Source of the DNA: Heterodontus francisci
Lineage: Eukaryota
NCBI RefSeq assembly: GCF_036365525.1
Contig: NC_090415.1
Span: 18,290,001-18,354,000 of the forward strand
Length of the DNA stretch: 64,000 bases
Direction: 5' to 3'
Under the pieces are notes generated by a model, which saw only the letters and a list, made by a program, of their open reading frames with translations, was not told the DNA's origin and did no database searches. This document shows, one piece after another, positions 24,836 through 40,100 of the stretch (positions are counted from its first letter, which is position 1; each line of letters starts with the position of its first letter). A program made the position numbers and the translations under genes.

Positions 24836-27800
24836 TAAAAACCTTCACACATTTCAGAAAGTAACAGGTGCAGAATAACTGCCTCCCTCACATGAGAAAC
24901 TGGCAGATACAGATTGACAACCAGACTCGCATACTAGAAACTAACAGGTAAAGATAAAAATCTACATTTACATATCAGAAAATAGCAAATGCAGTATAAA
25001 ATCCACACTCAACTATCAGAGACTGACAGACACAGTGAAATCCACAGTGAATTCCAAGAAATTTACTGTTAGAGAGTGAAAATCTCTCATCCATAACTGA
25101 CAGGTACAAAGAAAACCCAACACTTGCACTTCACACGCTGACAGATACAGAATAAAGCACACACATCATTAAGAAGATTTATATACCAGATACTGACAGA
25201 TACAGATGAAAATTCAATGTCACATCACATAAACTGACAGATACAGAATAAATTCAGCAGTCACAGACCAGAGAATGAAATGTACAAAGTAAACCTCACA
25301 GACACATGTCAGAAACTGACATGTACAGATTAAAAATCACACTCACATTCTAGAGAATGTAGAGATGTGGTGTACAATCCAGACTCAAAAGCCAGACTGA
25401 AACACGTACTTGTGTACCAGACCTTGACATAAACAGGTTAAAAACCAGACCTGCACATTAGAAATTTAAATGCACTGGTTAAAACTTAAATTTACAAACC
25501 AGACAATCAAAGATAAAGAGTGAACACCACTCATATACAAGTAAGTGTTAGATTAACAGTAAAGCCCACACTCACATGCAATAAACTGAGGGGCACAAGT
25601 TCAAGACACACAAACAAACATCAGAAACTGAAAGATACAGAATAAGACGTTTCTCACATAAAACAAAGTGACAGTTACAGATAAACCCACACTCAAAATC
25701 AGAAACTAACAAAGATAAACTGTAAACTAGAGATATAGAGTGAAACTTACACCCGAGGTCAAGAAACTGAATAATACAGCAAAAGAAGTGAAAACAACAC
25801 TGACCCACCAGAAAAGAATAAAACTGCACTAACATACCAGAAACTGACAGGCAAGAAGCAAACCCCCACACCCACCCAACCAACCGCTTCCCCTGTGTCC
25901 CTCCACTCCCACCCCACCCCGCTCAATACAGAAAAACACAGCAGAGACTGACAGCCATGAAATAAAAGCTACACACAAATACCAGAAAGTGACGAGTACA
26001 GTTCCATACTGCAAAGTACAAAGGAAACAAGGTAAAAACCAACACTCACGATTCTGAGTTAGACTGATGTGGAGTAAAATCTAGATGCACATACCAGAGA
26101 CTGACTGGTACAGATATAAATCTCAATCACATAAGAAATTGAGAGGTGCAGAGTAAACCACACAAACAGGGATCAGAATGTAACTTGTACAATGTAAAAT
26201 TCAAACCAACTTTTCACAAACAGGCAGGTAATGAGAAGAAGAAAGACACAAACTCAAATACCAGAATATGAGTGTTACAGAGTAATACACATGCTCATAT
26301 ATCAGGAATTTCCATGTACAGAATTAAAAACCTCTCTAGAAACTTACAGACACAAAGAAAATCCCACACTCACACTTCAGAGACTGACAGATACTCAGAA
26401 TAAAATGCTGTTATAACAGAGACTGACAGGAACAGAATTAAGCACACCATCAAGATAAACAAATGGCAGATTCAGCATAAATCACAAATTCCCATTGCAG
26501 ATACTGACATGCACAGTGTTAAATGAACACCTATTTAGCAGAAATTAACAATCACCCTTTCAAAGTACAGTCACAGAATAGAAACTGTCAGTTCAAGGTT
26601 GAAGCAGATTCACAGAACAAATTGAAATATACAATTTGAACCTCATACTCAAATACCAGCAGCTGATGGATACACAGTAAAACTGATAATGACTTACCAG
26701 ACACAGACAGACAGAGAAAAGCCAATATCACATCGCAGAATCTGACAAGTGCAGAATAAAATGTATAGTAGCATATCAGAGATTGACAGGAAAAGCACTA
26801 CCATAAATCAACAAGTACAGAATAATGGCCACACTCACAAGTGTGATATTGATAGGTACTGGGAAAACTTTACACTCACCAGAGACATGCAGAAACAGAA
26901 TAAAACCCACATTCACATAAAGTAACTCAGAGGTACATAGTAAAGTCCACATTCACATGCCAGAAACAGACAGGGAAAGTAAAACATATCCTCACAAATC
27001 ATGCACAGACAAGTACAGAGTAATAGCAGCATTCACATTACAGAGACTGACAGATGCAGGTTAAAATCCACAATCAATTACCACAAACAAAAAGGTACAG
27101 AATAAAACAGATATTTGTTTTGCAGTAAATGACAACATGCTGGGTAAAATCCACATTCATATATCAGAAATGAAAGGGTGAAGAGTGATCCCACATTCAC
27201 TCGCCGGAATAAAGAAGGTACAGTGTAAATGAAAGCAGAAAATGCTGGAAATACTCTGCAAGTCTGGCAGCACCTGTGGAGAGAGGGAGACAGTTAACAT
27301 TTCAGATCAATGATGAACGGCCATTGACCTGAAAGGTTAACTCTGTTTCTGTCTTCACAGATGTTGGCAGCCTGCTGAGTGTTTACAGCATTTTCTGTTT
27401 TTTAATTTCCAGCATTCACAGTATTTTGCTTTGTATTATGTTCAATGTAAAGAGCTTTCTGCTATTCCAGAAATTTACAAGTACAAAACAATGCTCATTC
27501 TCACATAACAGATAGTGAGAGATTCAAACCAAAACCACTGTTCAGTTCAGCTCAGCAGAAACTGACAGGTACATTACAAAACCAACACTTACATACCAGA
27601 AGCTGATAGATACATAATAAAACCCACACTCACATCAGAAGTAGACAGGTACAGTGGAAAGCCCATATGTGTTTATCAGTAATTGACAGATACAGAGAAA
27701 AACCCACAGTCACAGTCCACATTCTGAGATAAAGAATAAATCCCTCACTCTCATACCATCCAAAGAGGGACAGATAGTTGGACAGATCTAGATGTGTAAG

Positions 27801-27934
27801 AGTTCCTTCATTGTTTTTTAAATATAAACAAACAGATCCTGTCTTTCAGACTGACAGATGGAGAATGACTTCCACACTCATACTGTACCAGTGATGAACA
27901 GACACAGAACGAATGTTATTCATATACACACCTT

Positions 27935-28560
27935 TATGATTATTTGTAGTGTATGTTTATGGGATGTGAGCATCTCTAGAAAGGAGAGAAGTTTTTGTCC
28001 ATCCCTCATTGCCCTTTAGAAGATGGTGTCGAGTGGCCTTCTTGCTCCCTCCAGTCTTTGTAGTGTAGGTAGACCCAAAGTGGTGCTAGGTAGGGAGTTG
28101 CAGAATTTGGACTGAGTGATGATGCAGGAGTGGTGTTATTTTTTCAAGCCAGGATGACACATGAACTGGAGATGAAATTGCAGGTGGTAATGTTCTCATA
28201 CGTTTCCTGCCCATCTTCTACTTGGTAGCAGATGCCGTGGGTTTGGCAGGTGCTGTTTCATGGTGCTTCCTCTGGTTGATGCAGTACGTCTTGTAGATGG
28301 TACACACTGTGCACTGGTGGTGGAGGGAGTAAATGGTTAATCTGGTGAATGGTAAGCCAATCAAGCCTACTGCTTTGTACTGAATGGTATAGAGTTTCTT
28401 GAGTATTGTTGGAGGTGCACACATCCAGGCAAGTGGGGAGTAATCCATCAGACTTCTGACTTGTGGCTTGTCAGTGGTGGAAAGTCTTTAAGGAGTTTGG
28501 ACGTGAGTTACTAACCACAGAGTTTCCGGCTTCTGACCAGCTCTGGAAGCCATAGTAGTA
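27935..28560 (-). mobile_element. Old LINE (CR1/L2/Jockey group) RT C-terminal relic
   Basis: MDYSPLAW...KLYTIQYKA...SLHH motif. Confidence 0.6.
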
Positions 28561-30488
28561 ATATGGCAGGAAATGTATAAATCCTGCAGTCATTTCCCAT
28601 AAAGTAACATGCACAGAATAATGGGCATATGAAACAAGATAGTGACAGGACTAGGACACAAGTCACAATACAGAATACAGAATACAACCCACAATCACAT
28701 ACCAGTAACTGAGAGATACATAGTAAAATCCACATTCATATGTCAGGAACAGAAAGGGAAAGTAAAACACTTGCTGACAAATCGGACGCAGACAGACACA
28801 GAGTAATAGCAACATTCACATTCCAGAGACTGACAGATATAGAGTAAAAGCTCCAATCAATTACAGGAAACAAACAGGTACAGAATAAAATACATACTTG
28901 CTTTGTAGTAACTGTCAGGTACAAAATAAAATCAACATTCACATATCAGAAACTGACAAGTGAAGAGTAAAAGACACAGTAACATGTCACAAACTGACAG
29001 ATACAGAGTGATCTCACATTCACTTGTCAGAATATAAAAGGTAATGAATAAAAATATTTCTTCCAGACCAGAAACTGACAGGCACAGAATAAAGGAGCAA
29101 CTTAGATTGCAGTAACTGACTGGAACAGAGGAAAATCCATATTCACATGTCAGAAACTGACAGGAACAGAAAGAACACACACTCACATCCCAGAAATTGG
29201 AACACAGAATAAAATTCACACGCTCATATCAGAAATTAACTTTACAGATGAAAATCCACAATCATACAGCAGAGAGTGAGATGTACAATTAAACTCAGCT
29301 TCTGACACGTGAGGCTAACACACACAGAGTAAAAACAATGCTCATGTCACATACCAGAAACAGGCAGATGCAGATCACAACCCACACTCACATATCAGAT
29401 ATTGGCAGTTACAGTGTAAAATAACTCTTAATGATCACTGACAGGGATATGATACAGTCCACATTCATTCATCAGAAACTTACAGATACAGATAATAAAC
29501 AGTACTGACATAAAACAGATTGGCAGGAACAGGTTAAAACCCATCCTTATATGTAGACGTCTGATAGGTACAGGATGCAGTCGAGGCCTCCAAACCAGAG
29601 ACTGACATGTAGAGTGAAAACAACACTCACACGTCATCAATTAACATGTGCAGTGTGAAGTTACACAAACATATTACTGACTAACAAGTACAGAGGGAAA
29701 ATCAAACAACCTTCCATAGCAGAAACTGACAGGTACAGATTAAACTCCAAATTCACATATCGGACACTAACAAAGAGAAAGGCCCAGACTCCCATCAGTT
29801 TAGTTTCAATAATTAATAAGTACATTATTTAGAAACCCCGGTGGTGTAGGAACCCTCAGTCTCACTCTTTAACACCTCACACTGAAAATCTACACTCCGC
29901 TTTTGTCTCCCACAAACAGGGACCAATTTATAATGTGTGATGTGTTTTTTTTACATTGATCTGAAATGTATCCGGTTACAGAATGTTGTGAATGAGACTT
30001 TTTGCCTGCCGGTTCCAAACTGTTTTAAAACAGGACAGAGAATGAATCCGAATAGATGCCGGATTGGAAAAGCGAATCTGGAACTTGTGAGAAAATGTGA
30101 AATAATACAATATGGGGGATATTTTTACATCCCTGTTGTAAGGCTATATGATCTATTAACTTGATATCGAGTGAAGCCGCTCCTTGTTTTACAAATCTGT
30201 TGGCGGGCTTTTGAAATTTGAAAAAGAAACGGTTTGGATTCTGCCAACCCGGAGCGGTTATATTCCACCCTATTAACGTGATGTCTCCGGATTGGTGAAC
30301 TAAGCAACTATCTGATTGGTAACATGAACAACACAATGAGAAGCTGCACAGAGTGACCAATCACCAGTGTCCTCACTATCATTCATCCAGAAGGTATAAG
30401 TGAGGCAGATTTGATCATTCTTCCTGAACTGTTTTGAATTGTAGTTTTTACAGATTTTTGTGAATAAAGTATATTTTTGGGGGGGTAA

Positions 30489-30806
<318 letters not shown>

Positions 30807-31051
30807 TGACAGACGGCAATTTTATAATGCAAGCGCTGCTTTGTGTTGGTATGATTCGGGATTTAGCCGCTTGCCTCTGGAGATATTTGTCAGGCATTTT
30901 AACAATTCTAGCGTTTCTGCACAAATAAAGCTTTTGTTGAGTCCTAAAATGATCGTCCCTCTAATAAAATGATCTGTGCACATTGGTATCGCTGCTCCAG
31001 ACCACATTTCTCTGCTGCAGAGATCGCAGCTCTTTGTTTTGCCGATTTGGT

Positions 31052-31067
31052 GGCTCTTAAAAGAGCC
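31052..31067 (-). terminator. Histone 3' stem-loop (second H3)
   Basis: GGCTCTTTTAAGAGCC, with AAAGAGCTG downstream. Confidence 0.95.
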
Positions 31068-31110
31068 GTTGTGTTATTTGATGCCAAACTCAGTTCGGGG
31101 CAGGGTGAGT

Positions 31111-31578
<468 letters not shown>

Positions 31579-31959
31579 CTATTTAAGACAGTAGAGGGAC
31601 CGCCCTAGTGTTGTGATTGGATGCAGCCCCGTCCATCAGTCAAGATTGAAACCAACTCTGGGAAGTAAAAGGACGGCGGGAAATGCTGCGCCCTGATTGG
31701 TTAACTTGTAACTGGAATGTCATCGATCTCAAAAAGCCCGCCAATTTCAGACAGCAAAACAAGACAAAGATTTTTTTTAAACCCTAATTGGCGGGAAGAA
31801 TGATGAAATCTGACTCCTTGCAGCTTCATTTATTTCGTCCGAGATCCCCCCACTCTCTGACAACACAGTTTGAATCGGCCCTCACGAATACATTATCACT
31901 TGCAGCCGTTTAATTCATGACGCACTGAATAAAATGGAACAGAAACATACAGTAAAACA

Positions 31960-32392
31960 ACGGGACAGAGTTGGGTATCCTGGTACATGAATCACAAAAA
32001 AGTTTGTTGGTACGTACAACATGAGTTTAGGAAGACAAATGGAATGATGTCAGTTATTGCAAGGAGAATGGACTATTAAAGTAAGGAAGATTTGCTACAG
32101 TTGTCCAGGGTATTGGTGAAACTGTATCTGTAATAATGTGTACAGTTTTGGTCTCCTTACTGCTGAAAACAAAGAAATTGCATTAGAAGCAGTTCGGAGA
32201 AGATTCACTCGACTGATCGCTGGGATGAAGGGGTTATCTTCTGGGAAATGGTTGGACAGGTTGCCCTGTATCCATTAGAATTGAGAATGAGAAGTGATCT
32301 TATTGAAATGCATAAGATCTTGAGAGCACTTGGCAAGGTGGATACTGAGAGGATGTTTCCCCTTATGAGAGAGACTGGAACCAGGGAACACA
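31960..32392 (+). mobile_element. Decayed CR1 fragment
   Basis: cagttttggtctcc, agaatgagaagtgatcttattgaa remnants. Confidence 0.7.
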
Positions 32393-33495
32393 AGGATCCT
32401 TGCTAAATGTGAAAGACACAGGAAGCATCTGTAAAGTGTATAGATTGAACCAATTAGGATAACCGGAACAATTCAGAACCTAATATGGTCAGATCCCAGC
32501 ACACCGAGAAGGGTAAAATAAAGGGTGATAGGGGATGTCATCGGTACACTTTGCAAGGGGTGAACAGAACATTGTTGGCACATTTAGAAGGAGCAGATAC
32601 ACTATGGTCAACACAGCAAGAGAAGAAGAAGGAGAGAAGTCCATGTCCCAGCAAGTTCAGAAGCAAGAACCAGTACTGATTGTTACTGTATACTTATTGC
32701 TGTTGTTAAGGATTAACTTTGTGAATCTTAGTTAAGTCTAATAAACTCTCTGACTTGATCACAGAACTTGACTCTGTACCTTGTAGGTCCATCTTGGTCA
32801 AGAATCTCAAGGTGAGACAGGTTGGGTATTCTCTGTCTCACCTCTGTTCAGGTAACATCTACCTGAAACTTACAGCTCTTTACTATTCACATACATTGCT
32901 TTGTATTTTGTCCTCCTCAAACTTCCAAATTATGGTCCCTATAAAAGCAATGTTGTTAATAAAGATTTCTGTGTCACCCTACTGCATACTTCTTCACATT
33001 AAAAAGACATCAGTTCACTACTACACTCTGTCTCCTATCCTTTAGCCAACTACCATCTCAGCATAACAGTATCAATTTTTAACATGAATTTCTATTTTCT
33101 GTGTAACTCTGTTATGTACTACTTGATCGAATGCCTTTTAAAAAGCAGATATCCAATATCGATAATACTACCTTCAGCAAAGTCAACCCCAAGAATTCAA
33201 TCAGGTTAGTCTCACATGATTTGTCCTTAGCAGATCGGTACTGCTTGTCCCTTATTAACTCATCATTCTTCAAGTTGAAGTTTATTTGATCCTTGACACT
33301 TGTTTCCAATTGTTTTCGACCACTGATGACAAAATTCATTGGTCTGTAGTCACCAGCTTTTTCCTTCCCATTTTTGGAACAGGAGTGTAACATTTGCACT
33401 GATTCGGTCAACTGGAACGACTTCAATATCCAAACATTGTCGTCAGGATTTCTGTTATCTCTCTCAGTAATCTGAGATGCTTTCTATCTGGACTC

Positions 33496-34968
33496 ATAGA
33501 ACATAGAACATAGAACATACAGCACAGAACAGGCCCTTCGGCCCACAATGTTGTGCCGATCCTTTGTCCTCTGTCAAGGACAATTTAATCTATACCCCAT
33601 CATTCTCCTTTATCCATATACCTATCCAAAAGCCTTTTGAAAGTCCCTAAAGTTTCTGACTCAACAACTTCCCCGGGCAAGGCATTCCATGCCTCGACCA
33701 CTCTCTGGGTAAAGAACCTTCCCCTGACATCCCCCTTATATCTCCCACCCTTCACCTTAAATTTATGACCCCTTGTAACGCTTTGCTCCACCCGGGGAAA
33801 AAGTTTCTGACTGTCTACCCTATCTATTCCCCTGATCATCTTATAAACCTCTATCATGTCACCCCTCATCCTTCTCCTTTCTAATGAGAAGAGGCCTAGA
33901 ATGTTCAGCCTTTCCTCGTAAGACTTATTCTCCATTCCAGGCAACATCCTGGTAAATCTCCTCTGCACCCTCTCCAAGGCTTCCACATCCTTCCTAAAAT
34001 GAGGCGACCAGAACTGCACACAGTACTCCAAATGAGGCCTTACCAAGGTCCTGTACAGCTGCATCATCACCTCACGGCTCTTAAATTCAATCCCTCTGCT
34101 AATGAACGCTAACACCCCATATGCCTTCTTCACAGCCCTATCCACTTGAGTTGCAACTTTCAATGATCTATGCACATAGACCCCAAGGTCTCTCTGCTCC
34201 TCCACATGCCCAAGAACCCTACCGTTAACCCAGTATTTTGCATTCATGTTTGTCCTTCCAAAATGGACGACCTCACACTTTTCAGGGTTAAACTCCATCT
34301 GCCACTTTTCAGCCCAGCACTGCAACCTATCCAAGTCCCTTTGCAGACGACAATAGCCCTCCTCGGTATCCACAACTCCACCAACCTTTGTATCATCTGC
34401 AAATTTACTGACCCACCCTTCGACTTCCTCATCCAAGTCGTTAATAAAAATCACAAACAGGAGAGGACCCAGAACTGATCCCTGCGGCACGCCACTGGTA
34501 ACTGGGCTCCAGGCTGAGTATTTACCATCTAAGACCACTCTCTGCCTTCTATCAGTTAGCCAATTCTTAATCCAACTGGCCACATTCCCCACTATCCCAT
34601 GCCTCCTGACTTTCTCCATAAGTCTACCATGGGGGACCTTATCAAATGCCTTACTAAAATCCATGTACACCACATCCACTGGTTTACCCTCATCCACTTG
34701 CTTGGTCACCTGCTCAAAGAATTCAATCAGGCTTGTGAGGCAAGACCTACCCCTCACAAAACCGTGCTGACTGTCCCGAATCAAGCAGTGTCTTTCCAGA
34801 TGCTCAGAAATCCTATCCCTCAGCACCTTTTCCATCAACTTGCCTACCACCGAAGTAAGACTAACTGGCCTGTAATTCCCAGGGTTGTTCCTATTCCCTT
34901 TCTTGAACAGGGGCACAACATTTGCCACCCTCCAATCACCTGGTACCACCCCCGTCAGCAGAGAAGAT
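33496..34968 (-). mobile_element. Young 5'-truncated CR1, open RT frame (449 aa)
   Basis: [28 protein letters not shown]; (TATGTTC)n tail. Confidence 0.97.
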
Positions 34969-36594
34969 AACTTAAAGTGATGTCAATCTATTGAGAACCT
35001 CCTTTCTGTCTATTTTCATTCTATCCAATATCTCTGTACCCCTCCTCTACCGGGACATTAACTTCATCCTGGCTTTTGTGAACAGACATATAACGCTCTC
35101 ATTCATTACCTTTTCCAACACAAGGAGATTTCATTTCTTTATCCCTAAAAGCTCCGCAATTTTTTGCACTATCATTTTACATTTTTGTTTAGTTATAAAT
35201 TATTTTTGTTTCTCTTGGTTGCTACTCATTAATATTTTCTTATACTCTTTTAGAAACATGTTTTGTTTTTTTACCTGCACTCTCACTATTCTGCCTGGTT
35301 GGAATCATGGTGATGTCGAGGATATGGGATATTTGTACAAATCACTGCCATTATTATTGAAGTGATTGGCACTGCAAACAATCTTTGAGTCATATTGATC
35401 AAAACCAAATTAATGGTAACGAGTGTGAGGCTGAGACTGGAAGGTTGTCTGAATAAGGCAGGGGAGCGGGTGCGGGGGCGGCTCCTCATTTGGCCAAAAC
35501 AATCTGGTAGAAGTGTAAGAGTGAGTCCGAGTATTTCCAGGATGAAGGATAAACATCTGATAGTCTCTGTTTAATATCATCGGAATGAAACTCTTGGTCA
35601 CGGAAATGATACCTGAAAGGCCTTGTGCTGTCAATCTGCCGAGTGTACGGGATGGAAGGATGGAGTGGAAGAGCCTCTGTATTTCTCCAGTACTGAATTG
35701 TAGTGGGTTGGATGTTTAATCAGTTTCTAACTCTGCCTGTTGGGTGAGTAGGCGACAGAAACGATACCAGTTCCCATCCCTGTGTGACTGTCACTCCTTC
35801 TGTTGTGTGTGTGCAGGATTAAACCCTGAGTCCCTCTATCCAGCTCTGGCTGCTATATCTGGAAAGATGCTGAATCTTTCAGTAGTTGATCTGCTCAAAC
35901 CGAGTTCAAGGCCCAAGTAGTGAACAGAATTTCACATTAAGTGTTTGAATAATACTATGTTTGAACAGCAGGTTATGATCGACAGGACCAAAGGCTGGAA
36001 AAATTCCTGTCCATAAATCTTTCAACAGGGAGTGCGAGGATCTCCTGGTTCCGAGTGTTTAAGGGATACAGGATTAGGAATCGGCAACTGAGCCCTGAAA
36101 ATTCACAGCAAAGACTGTGTACATGAGGACATTTAACAACCGGGAGCTGAAACTCTGGGACGGGCTCTATTGTTACTGTGTTTGTGTGTCTGGTATAATC
36201 GCGGCAGCTCCGTGTCTCTCTTGCTTCGAATGAAACGATGAAGATCACCATTGTGTATTTCTCACATTGACCGCGGGTTTCACTCCGGTTAGACAAACCT
36301 TTGCTGACTGAAATGAATTCTACAAGGTCCCAGCAAACACACCGACTCCCTCCTTCCTCCCATGTTTCTGTCGGATTGTTTTGAGAGGAGGGTCTCAATA
36401 ATAACAAAGACCCTGCAGGGAGAGACGGCAATTTGAACATCGACATGGGATCAGCTCCCGGCTTTCTAGGTTATAGATTCCCTCCAGCCCTCCCCACCCT
36501 CCCTCCACCCTAACCCCATGTTCAGTTTCATTGTTCACACATTGATGAGGGTGAAATGGGGAAAGTTCCTATTGAGTTTTGTTGCAGAGAGCAG

Positions 36595-36753
36595 CGCACG
36601 CGCGATATAACCCCGCCCACTGTGACGTCATCATGAGGATAAGAGCGCATGCGCTCCCCTCCCCCCAACACTGTCTCTGAACGTCATTCAGTGAGTGAGC
36701 GGAAGATTGTTTAAATCAGCTGCGAATGGAGACATCCGGGTCCCGGGGTAAGT
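36595..36753 (+). promoter_or_regulatory. Promoter + first exon, copy 3
   Basis: Perfect CRE TGACGTCA at 36623, NRF1 at 36645, ATG 36726, donor at 36747/36748. Confidence 0.65.
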
Positions 36754-36878
36754 GAACAAACAACATCTGCTTCCAGCAGCAACACCAGGTTTGGGAGCGA
36801 GTCTGCAGATGTGTTCAGAGATTAACATTGAATAGCGGGGAAGTTCAGCGAGAGTCGGGGACTGTGTGGAATGTACAC

Positions 36879-37453
36879 TGGAGGCCTGGATACCCGAGTC
36901 CAACCCGAGCGGGACCCGAGCACATGTGTCCGCCTCGGCTCGGGCCCAGCTTGCGGCTCCGGCTTTCGGGCTCGGGTCCGGGTCGGAATTGAATCTGCGC
37001 AGTGAGCCGGTGCCGTCACTATCATCACGCATGCGCTGCAGCTTTTTACCAGTTGGGGGGCTCAGGAAGGGTAAGGTCGGGTCCGGTGTTGTTCGGTTGG
37101 GTGCTTGGTGTGTGTGTAGACTCGAGTCCTAACAGTGAACAGTTTAATTTTTTTTTTAAATAAATACTGTATATTTTATAATCATTTTATGATAATTATT
37201 CATTCAGGACCTTCCTGCTCTCTGCATCTCAGCTGCTCACTGGATAAACGTACAGCAAGTATCTCAACCTGTAAAGCAGGAGTTTACATAATGTATCATG
37301 ATATTTACTGAGCCTTCGGGCAATTGCTGTGATTAGTTTAAGCAATACAGATACTGGTACAGTGCGGCACAACTCCATGGGTTTCTGTTTAACTCATGAC
37401 CAAACAATCATTGACATTGTGGCTCCAATCTTCATCTTTGAAACAATCTTTCA
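36879..37453 (+). mobile_element. Truncated copy of the hAT MITE
   Basis: tggaggcctg terminus, cccgag/ctcggg subterminal repeats; mirror of 58411-59120. Confidence 0.65.
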
Positions 37454-37889
37454 ACCAGCTGAAACATTGTTTATCTGGCAGTGCTACAAAAACTTACAAA
37501 GATGTCAAAGGATAGATGGACACTCTGAAAGCTTTGGAGGTTTGAGATTCATCCATGACATCAAATAATCTAGGCCAAGAATATTTTTCTTTAAAAAAGT
37601 GATAGATAACTTCATGCAAAATTGTTTTAAATGTCAATGCTGGAAATTGTTCAACATGCTTTGTCAATGTTAACATATATGTTTTGTTTTGCTTTGTCAG
37701 CTATTCGAGGTTCTGGCCATTATGTGTATACTGATCAACCAGAAGTCTTCAATCTGCAGATCTGTAGAGTAATGATCAGACAGCACCGGGAATCTGCAGT
37801 ACTGTAGACTAACAATCAAACACCACAGGGAAAGCCTGCTATCTGATCTGTCATTTATCCAAACAATCAATCTTTCCTTTCACTGAAGG

Positions 37890-38560
37890 TAACTTGCAGG
37901 TACAGCAAGCAATTAACAAGGTAAATGGTGTGTTGGTCTTCATTGCAAGAGGATGAGTATAGGAGTAAAGATGTCTTGCTGCAATGAAATAGAGCCTTGC
38001 TGAGACTGTACCTGGAGTATTGTGTGCAGTTTTGGTCTCTTACCTATAAAAAGATATACTTGTCACCGAGGGAGTGCAATGAAGGTTCACCAAACTAATT
38101 CCTGGGATGAAGGGATTGTGTGATGAGGGAAGATTAAACAGACTGGGCCTTTATTCTCTGGAGTTTAGAAGAATGAGAGGTGATCTCATTCAAACATACA
38201 AAATTCTTACAGGACTCGACAGGGTAGATGCAGGAAGGATGTTTCCCCTGACTGGGGATCTCGAACCAGGGGATACAGTCTCAGAATAAGGAGCAGACCA
38301 TTTAGGACTGAGAATAGGAGGAATTTCTTACACTCAGAGGCTGGTGAATCTTGGGAATTTTCTACCCAGAGGGCTGTGGAGACTCAGTCACTGAGTATGT
38401 TCAGGATGGGGATCGGTACATTTCTATATACTAAAAACATCAAGGGTTACAGGGATAGTGCAGGAAAATGGTGTTGAAGTAGATCAACCTTGATCTCATT
38501 GAATGGTGGAGAGGGCTCAAAGGGCTGAATGACCTAGTCCTGTTCCTAGTTCTGATGTTA
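37890..38560 (+). mobile_element. CR1 3' fragment (mirror 51810-52470)
   Basis: LGLYSLEFRRMRGDLI. Confidence 0.85.
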
Positions 38561-38710
38561 ATGTGTTGTAGTCAGGTTCAGGGGAACAAAACTGTGCTGC
38601 TGTACTGCAATGCTGTCCAACATGGACACTTGGTATCACCGGGTTCCTAATGTGGAAATGACAATGATGAAACTGTAAAGTTCTAACCCTCACCTGTTCT
38701 TGTCTTACAG

Positions 38711-38803
38711 GGAATACTTCTCCTTTGTGCAGGAACCGGAATAGGTGTGATGTTTCCCAGGACCAAGGAACCGTGCAGCCCAGCTCCTTCTAACACTCAG
38801 TAG
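38711..38803 (+). other. Conserved downstream exon, copy 3
   Basis: ctgttcttgtcttacag acceptor; agtaggtacgt donor region. Confidence 0.5.
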
Positions 38804-40100
38804 GTACGTGATCATTCCCATAGTGTAAAGGTACAGACAGCTCACCAGTTCCACTGTCAGGGACACCAGAAGGAGTCAGTCTCAAACTGATCCCAAGATC
38901 CAGACACACATTTTCAATCCCAACAAGGTAAATAGAGCAGGAGAGACAGACATTGTATCCAGTTCAAACCAATTCAGTACTGCTGACAGGTAGAGACATG
39001 AATCCCAGGTCAACTATCAGATTTAAATAGAGTCATATACAGCAGAGGAGGCTATTCGGCCCATTGACTCCATGTTTACTCTCCACAAAGGAATACAGTC
39101 AGTCTCACACCCTGGCTCGATCCCCGTCGCCCTGCAAGTCTATTTCTCTCAGGTGACCATCCAACATCCTACTGAAGTCAGTGATTGTCTCCACTTCCAC
39201 CTCCCTTGTGGGCAGTGAGTTCCAGGTCATTACCACCCCCTGTGTAAAACAGTGTTTCCTCATATTCCCCCTGAATCTCTGGTCAAAAACATTCAATCTG
39301 TGTAAACTAGTCCTTGTACCATTTGTTAGTGGGAACAGTTTTTCGCTTTCCAGCTTGCCTGTTAATATCTTGTACATTTCAGTTAAATCTCCCCTCAATC
39401 TCCTTTGTTCTGAGGAGCCGTGCCCGTGCCACATGATAGCGAAGCGAGGAATTGGCAGAGAGAGGAGTTGAACACGTGGCTGCAGGGATGGTGCAGGAGG
39501 GAGGGTTTTGGTTTCCTGGATAATTGGGGCTCTTTCTGGGGTAGGTGGGACCTCTACAAACAGGATGGTCTTCACCTGAAACAGAGGGGTACCAATATCC
39601 TGGGGGGGGCGGGGGGGGGGAGATTTGCTAGTGCTCTTCGGGGGGGTTTAAACTAATTCAGCAGGGGAATGGGAACCTAAATTGTAGTTCCAGTGTACAG
39701 GATGTTGAGAGTAGTGAGGTCAGGGATAAGGTTACAAGGACGCAAGAGGGCACTGGCAAGCAAGAACTTGGTTTAAAGTGTGTCTACTTCAACGCCAGGA
39801 GCATCCGGAATAAGGTGGGTGAGCTTGCAGCATGGGTTGGTACCTGGGATCTCGATGTTGTGGCCATTTCGGAGACATGGGTAGAGCAGGGGCAGGAATG
39901 GATGTTGCAGATTCCGGGATTTAGATGTTTCAGTAAGAACAGAGAAGATGGTAAAAGAGGTGGGGGGGGTGGCATTGTTAATCAAGGAGAGTATCACAGC
40001 GACAGAAAGGACGTTTGAGGACTCGTCTACTGAGGTAGTATGGGCTGAGGTTAGAAACAGGAGAGGAGAGGTCACCCTGTTGGGAGTCTTCTATAGACCT

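Larger units (their letters stand above)
23440..29770 (+). repeat. Ancient diverged ~40 bp minisatellite field (CACATACCAGAAACTGACAGGTACAGAATAAA-like)
   Basis: actgacag core recurs throughout; A/C-rich strand bias. Confidence 0.8.

Noticed and set aside
24193-24891. Cys-rich repeated ORFs, and a possible CRISPR-like array
   Set aside because: Translations of a 77-bp tandem repeat; no unique spacers, and eukaryotic context
38664-38710. ATGATGA box C-like motif in a putative intron
   Set aside because: No box D or terminal stem before the acceptor
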